The position numbers and the translations under genes were made by a program. Under the pieces are notes generated by a model that did no database searches, was not told where the DNA came from, and saw only the letters and a list, made by a program, of their open reading frames with translations. This document shows positions 58,801-64,000 of a DNA stretch of 64,000 bases, one piece after another. Source of the DNA: a virus. Taxonomy: Duplodnaviria > Caudoviricetes. The stretch's first letter is position 1. Each line of letters starts with the position of its first letter. The stretch covers positions 64,001 to 128,000 of the IMG/VR virus record IMGVR_UViG_3300014206_000007. One strand, 5' to 3'.

Positions 58801-61296
58801 TTAGTTTATTGAATATGTTATTATATTACTTCCTACTGGAAGTGCAATCAATTTTTTACCTTTTGCCTTGCGTGATAAAGTTGGTATATCGTCGGAATTA
58901 AATTCTAATATTTCTGTACGGGTACATACGGTCACGGTTTTATTATCATTAACAGTATCTACAGCATACACACTATCATTCTCATCCATTGTTATAAGAT
59001 AAGATACATCAACTTTTCTTTTTCCTGCATGACCAAGATATTCAATCTCAGATTTTTTCATAGTTCCTTTTTCTGTAATGATTAAGATATATTTATCCGT
59101 TTTTGGTATTACAGTTAAACCAATACATTCATCTCCATCTTCTAGTTTCATACTTAATAGACCAAGAGAATCTTTTGATTGCATTACTATATCCTTTGCG
59201 GCTATAAATACAAAATTACCTTTCTTAGTATAAACCATTATATCTGAGGAATCTAATAAAATATCTGCATATATTAATTGGTCATCTTCTTTTATTTTCA
59301 TTACCTTAACATTTTTTGTAGATTTGATATTCATAACTTCTTGCATAGTGGTTCTTTTTAAATATCCTTTTTTAGTTAAAGTAACTAAATGTAAATCATC
59401 AGTTAATTTATTCTTAACAAATTCTTCAGTCCCCATTTTAATACTTGGAAATGCTGAAATTATCTGACCGTTTAATTTGGTTGTGTCATATACAGTATTT
59501 CCATATGCGGACATCTCAGTATTCTCAATATCGTATACTGGAATCGATGTAAATCTTCCAAATGAATCAAAGAATATAATTGTATCCATATTATTTATTG
59601 TAACTTTATGCATTGGATAATCTAAGTTCTTAAATGCTCCATAAGTAGTTCTATTTGGTACATCTAATAATTTCTTGATATATCCTTGCTTTGTCACAAT
59701 GATAATATGGTCAGTATTTGATACCTGCTTATCTGTATTAACACTTATTACTTGCGATTTTCTTGGAAGAGCATATTTCTTTAAATCATCTAACTCATCC
59801 AATATAATTTTATCTATTTTCTTTTCTGATTTAATCAAACTCATTGTCTTCTGTAAATCTGAGTCTAACTTATCTTTTTCTGCTTTATATCTCTCGTGAG
59901 CATCTTTAGTAAATGCCGTAATCTTCATATCAGCAATTTTCGTTGCTTGAAAACTTGACATACTATCATGCTTCATTAATGCTGGTACTACATCAGTGAG
60001 ATTATTTGTACGGATGATTTTAATTGTCTTATCGATATTTCCTTGCTCTGTTAAACGAATCAATACTTCTAATAATGATATTCTTGCCATTATTTTAGTA
60101 ATCTTTTTATTTAACAATCGTCTCTTGTATTCACGTCTTTCATCAAGCCATGCTAATACAAGGTCTTTTAAATTTAATCGGTCAATACTAAAACCTTCCA
60201 TAACAACCTTAAAGTTAACCCCTAATGGTTTTCCTAATTCAGTCAATTTAAATATTTTATCTCTAACGACATATGGATCATATGATTTATCAATAATTAC
60301 CTTATAATCGATACGAGTTCTAACATTACCATTCTTTTGAATTATTTTATCAGACCTATTTTGGATATCTTTTATTGGCAAAGTTCCTTTCTTTGTTAAT
60401 TCCACTAACCTATTATATACCGACTCCATTGATGCAAGCCATGGTATTCTAGATATAGATAATACCCATGATTTTGGTCTCTCTTCAATTTCAATTCGAG
60501 CTCTCATTCTAAGAACTCCCTTACCAGTTTCACATATTTCTTTTAATGCAACACCATCATCAATAATATCACATCCAGTTGGTAAATCTGGTACCAAATA
60601 AATATTTGGATCATCTGGATTTATTATTAGACGTTTACATAATGCGATTATATCATCAATGTTATATGGAGGAATAACAAATGAGTTACCTACTGCTATT
60701 CCCATACCACCATTAATTAATATATTTGGAAATTTAGCCGGAAGACTTAATGGTTCAGGACCATCTATTGAGGTATTTAAAATTGTTTCAACGCAATCTT
60801 CATCATAATCTTCAAAGAAGCATTCATATGCATATTTAGATATAAGTGCTTCAGTATATCTCATTGCTGCATAACTATCTGAATTTGCATCGTTTCCAAA
60901 GTTACCATGGCCATCAATTATTGGAACCTGATTTTTCCATTGTTGAGCCAAACCAACCATTGCTTTATATATAGGACCATCACCATGCGCATGATACGAT
61001 GAAGTCGCTCCTATAATTCTATTCGATTTTATACTTTTATGTCCTGGAATTCCGTTTATCATATATATTGAATATAATAAACGACGTTCAACAGGTTTGA
61101 GACTATCTGATAGTCTCAAAATCTGTCTAAAATAATTTATATTAGCTGAAAATATTTTCATTTTCTCTAGATTATAAGTTGCCATATTTTCATCTAATAT
61201 ATTAGTTTCTTCCTCAAAATCTTTATCTGATATATTTTGCCAAAGTCTTTGGCCTTCAATTAAACTATGCTTATCTTTACTCATACTCAACCTCAC
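58801..61296 (-). CDS. gyrA: type IIA topoisomerase subunit A (GyrA/ParC-like)
   Basis: DSLKPVERR, YHAHGD, GNFG, AAMRYTEA catalytic Tyr, C-terminal pinwheel repeats (T..G..K). Confidence 0.92.
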   Translation of the reverse strand: MRLSMSKDKHSLIEGQRLWQNISDKDFEEETNILDENMATYNLEKMKIFSANINYFRQILRLSDSLKPVERRLLYSIYMINGIPGHKSIKSNRIIGATSSYHAHGDGPIYKAMVGLAQQWKNQVPIIDGHGNFGNDANSDSYAAMRYTEALISKYAYECFFEDYDEDCVETILNTSIDGPEPLSLPAKFPNILINGGMGIAVGNSFVIPPYNIDDIIALCKRLIINPDDPNIYLVPDLPTGCDIIDDGVALKEICETGKGVLRMRARIEIEERPKSWVLSISRIPWLASMESVYNRLVELTKKGTLPIKDIQNRSDKIIQKNGNVRTRIDYKVIIDKSYDPYVVRDKIFKLTELGKPLGVNFKVVMEGFSIDRLNLKDLVLAWLDERREYKRRLLNKKITKIMARISLLEVLIRLTEQGNIDKTIKIIRTNNLTDVVPALMKHDSMSSFQATKIADMKITAFTKDAHERYKAEKDKLDSDLQKTMSLIKSEKKIDKIILDELDDLKKYALPRKSQVISVNTDKQVSNTDHIIIVTKQGYIKKLLDVPNRTTYGAFKNLDYPMHKVTINNMDTIIFFDSFGRFTSIPVYDIENTEMSAYGNTVYDTTKLNGQIISAFPSIKMGTEEFVKNKLTDDLHLVTLTKKGYLKRTTMQEVMNIKSTKNVKVMKIKEDDQLIYADILLDSSDIMVYTKKGNFVFIAAKDIVMQSKDSLGLLSMKLEDGDECIGLTVIPKTDKYILIITEKGTMKKSEIEYLGHAGKRKVDVSYLITMDENDSVYAVDTVNDNKTVTVCTRTEILEFNSDDIPTLSRKAKGKKLIALPVGSNIITYSIN

Positions 61297-61319
61297 TTTT
61301 ATTTAAATAAATTCGTCTA

Positions 61320-63725
61320 TTAATTATCAATATCAGAATACGATATCTTAGTATTATCTAGTAAAGTTCTTCTCTGTTCTCGCATATTGTCACTTTTACC
61401 ATGTAATAAGTCAAACGTTTCCAATGCATGTTTAGCATCTTCGATATTCATTCTAATCAATCTACGAATTTTTGGATTTAGTGTTGTTACGAATAATACT
61501 TCAGTTGCGGCTTCACCAAGTCCTTTAAACCTCTGGTTTATTGTGATATTGAAACTATTATTCATTAATTTTAAGAACTCTCCAATTGTCATTTTATTAA
61601 ACTGGTCATTTTTATCATTCTTATTCTTGCAATATATAAAGAATGATGGATTGTCAGATAATGTTTGCATGAATCGTTGAGCCATTCTCATAAATAGTTT
61701 ATCAGTTATTAGTGATATATATCTACCCTCATATGAACCAGTTAAACTTGACTCATATATGTCATATGTTAATTCGGAAAATGCTTGTTCGATAAATTCT
61801 TTAAATTTATTTTCATCTCCCATTGATTTGAGTTTATAGTAACATACATATTCTAATATTAATGGCTCAGATGCAGATCTTTTTACCAAACTATCTAGTT
61901 CTAATAAATAATCCCCGTTTAATTCTAGCCACATTCTTAATTCCTTTTTCTTCAACATTCGAATTTGTTTATCATCATCAATTCCAACTTCAATGTTATT
62001 TGAAATCATTGTATTAAATAACTCATAATAATCTTTCTTATCAAATAACCATGGGTCACCATTATAATATTTCTTAATGGATTTTGGATCTACTATATAT
62101 AATGGAGGAATTGCTTTAAATAATTTACCCTCATCAATAATTGGTCGTAAGAATAAGAAGAAGAAGCATAATAGTAATGAAGTAATATTACTTCCATCTA
62201 CGTCTGAGTCTGTCATAATTATTATCTTATTCCATTTCAATTTATTAATATCAAAGTCAGGCCCTACACCACAACCCATAATATTTAATAAATCCATAAA
62301 TATTTTCTTAGTTTTTAATTGAGTTAAAGAAAGTCCAAATACATTATCTGAAACACCTGTAAGTGCACATACTGCTTGATAAGTATTATTTCGAGCATTA
62401 TCAATTGCACCATATGCTGAAAGTCCTTCAGTTATTACTAATTCTTTATATCCTTGATAATTTCTATCTGCAATATTTGAAAATTTTAATCCAATTTCAG
62501 AGTCATCGAGGAATGTTGAATTCTTTTTATTTTTTATTCCTTTAATCTTATGAGTTTCCATTCTTGCTTTAGCAATCATTCTTAAATACGATATGATTTT
62601 TCTTAGCATCATATTATTAGAAGAGAAATATTTATATAATGAAGAAGTTAATCCTCTTTTTCCTTGCTGAAGAACATCTGAGTTATTAACTCGTGTTTTA
62701 TGCTGTCCTTCAAATCCTGGATTAAGATGTCTACAATTAACTGCCATTATCAATCCCTTTTTACAATCTTCATAAGTTACTTCAAATTTACTTTCTGGGT
62801 CTAATTTCTTTGCTTCTCTTGAGAAGAAGTCACATATTGCTTTTTGTGCAGCTAATTCATGAGTTCCTCCCTCTGTAGTATAAATATAATTGCAATATGA
62901 ATTAACTAACATATCATCCAATGTTTTATCATATGAGAATGATACTAATAAATCAAAATCTTCACATTCATAACTAATATCAAGTGGATTAAATTCTAGT
63001 GTTGATGATAAATAATCAACATTTGCTGCTAATCCTTGATATTTATAATCTCTTTTTATAGTTTTATCATCACTGGTATTTCCATAAAATGAGATTTTAA
63101 TATCATCAGGTAATACATATGACATTCTTCGCAAATAGTCTTCGACTAAATCGGTAGTCACATTCATCTCACCCAAATATTTTTCAGATGGAATAAACTT
63201 AACACATAATCCATTCTGCGGCTTCTTTAATGATAAAACTTTTCCTTCTTTTACATCTCCTTCAATAAATTCGATATATTTATATTTATCTCCTCTATAT
63301 GAAGTTATTGACATATAGTCACTTAATGCTACTGTAACTACTAAGCCAACCCCATTTCTACCTGCTTGACCTTTCATCCAAGGCTCGGATCGTACAAATT
63401 TTGTAGATGTATGCTTTTTAGTACTTACTGATATAAGCTCTTCAAAGGGTATTCCACGACCTTCATCAGTTACTGTAAATTCACATTTTTTCTCATCAAA
63501 AGTAATATATATTTTATTTGATGGAGAATGAGGATTAACACACTCATCAAGTGCATTATTGAATATTTCTTTCCATAAATGTAAAGCTCCTTCAGTATTT
63601 GCTTTACTAATATACATCCCGATACATGTTCTTATTTGGTCAAATTCATTAGCTAATGCCATGTATGTATCGTCAGAGTATACATTGTTATTAATTACGA
63701 TTTCATTCTTACTTTTTTCTGCCAT
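61320..63725 (-). CDS. gyrB: type IIA topoisomerase subunit B (GyrB/ParE-like)
   Basis: EIFNNALDE, DEGRGIP, GRNGVG, toprim TEGLSA and MTDSDVDG, RFKGLGE. Confidence 0.92.
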   Translation of the reverse strand: MAEKSKNEIVINNNVYSDDTYMALANEFDQIRTCIGMYISKANTEGALHLWKEIFNNALDECVNPHSPSNKIYITFDEKKCEFTVTDEGRGIPFEELISVSTKKHTSTKFVRSEPWMKGQAGRNGVGLVVTVALSDYMSITSYRGDKYKYIEFIEGDVKEGKVLSLKKPQNGLCVKFIPSEKYLGEMNVTTDLVEDYLRRMSYVLPDDIKISFYGNTSDDKTIKRDYKYQGLAANVDYLSSTLEFNPLDISYECEDFDLLVSFSYDKTLDDMLVNSYCNYIYTTEGGTHELAAQKAICDFFSREAKKLDPESKFEVTYEDCKKGLIMAVNCRHLNPGFEGQHKTRVNNSDVLQQGKRGLTSSLYKYFSSNNMMLRKIISYLRMIAKARMETHKIKGIKNKKNSTFLDDSEIGLKFSNIADRNYQGYKELVITEGLSAYGAIDNARNNTYQAVCALTGVSDNVFGLSLTQLKTKKIFMDLLNIMGCGVGPDFDINKLKWNKIIIMTDSDVDGSNITSLLLCFFFLFLRPIIDEGKLFKAIPPLYIVDPKSIKKYYNGDPWLFDKKDYYELFNTMISNNIEVGIDDDKQIRMLKKKELRMWLELNGDYLLELDSLVKRSASEPLILEYVCYYKLKSMGDENKFKEFIEQAFSELTYDIYESSLTGSYEGRYISLITDKLFMRMAQRFMQTLSDNPSFFIYCKNKNDKNDQFNKMTIGEFLKLMNNSFNITINQRFKGLGEAATEVLFVTTLNPKIRRLIRMNIEDAKHALETFDLLHGKSDNMREQRRTLLDNTKISYSDIDN

Positions 63726-64000
63726 TATTTCATTCCTTTCTTTTAAAAATATTTTTAAAATACCCTATTTAAATTGTTATACGTATCTTTATTCTTACAT
63801 AAAAATAATATATCATTCTTTTTACAGATAAAAAAATAGAATACTTTTCGTATTCTATTCTTTATCGTTTAATTATTATATAGATATCTCTATAATACTT
63901 TTATGTTGCGATCCCGGGTTTATAATAGCTTTAAAATTTTATAATGAGTTAGGTCTATTCCAACCGCCTGCATATTCTCTTTCTGGTTTCTCTTCTCTGT

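Noticed and set aside
1-64000. CRISPR array, repeat array near the RT, tRNA or rRNA genes, or a second VR target
   Set aside because: None seen by eye. The TR sequence recurs only once in the window; remote targets outside the window cannot be excluded.
1-64000. Alternative genetic code (stop-codon reassignment)
   Set aside because: Core genes are full length under the standard code, and TAA, TAG and TGA all occur as stops

Overview
A 64-kb segment of a very AT-rich jumbo phage of the phiKZ/AR9(PBS1)-like group, almost entirely on the minus strand, probably infecting an anaerobic Firmicute (B12-dependent RNR, Gram-positive-type lysin). Core genes are four split RNA polymerase subunits, SbcC/Rad50, an SF2 helicase, a dTMP-kinase-family enzyme, NAD-dependent ligase, a class II RNR with a 131-aa mini-intein, RecA/UvsX, a PhuZ/TubZ-like tubulin and GyrA/GyrB. 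The centre holds a complete diversity-generating retroelement (DGR): target gene with VR (33508-33617), hairpin, TR (33290-33399), structured spacer and RT (32082-33164). All 10 TR/VR mismatches fall at TR adenines and no avd gene is visible. Other highlights are a 1681-aa five-domain protein with prohead-protease-like x-x-E-S sites at its linkers, recurring early (ATATATTAT) and AR9-type late (AACA-N6-TA) promoter motifs, several ADP-ribosylation-related genes and long intergenic palindromes. All family calls come from motif recognition by eye; no database searches were run.
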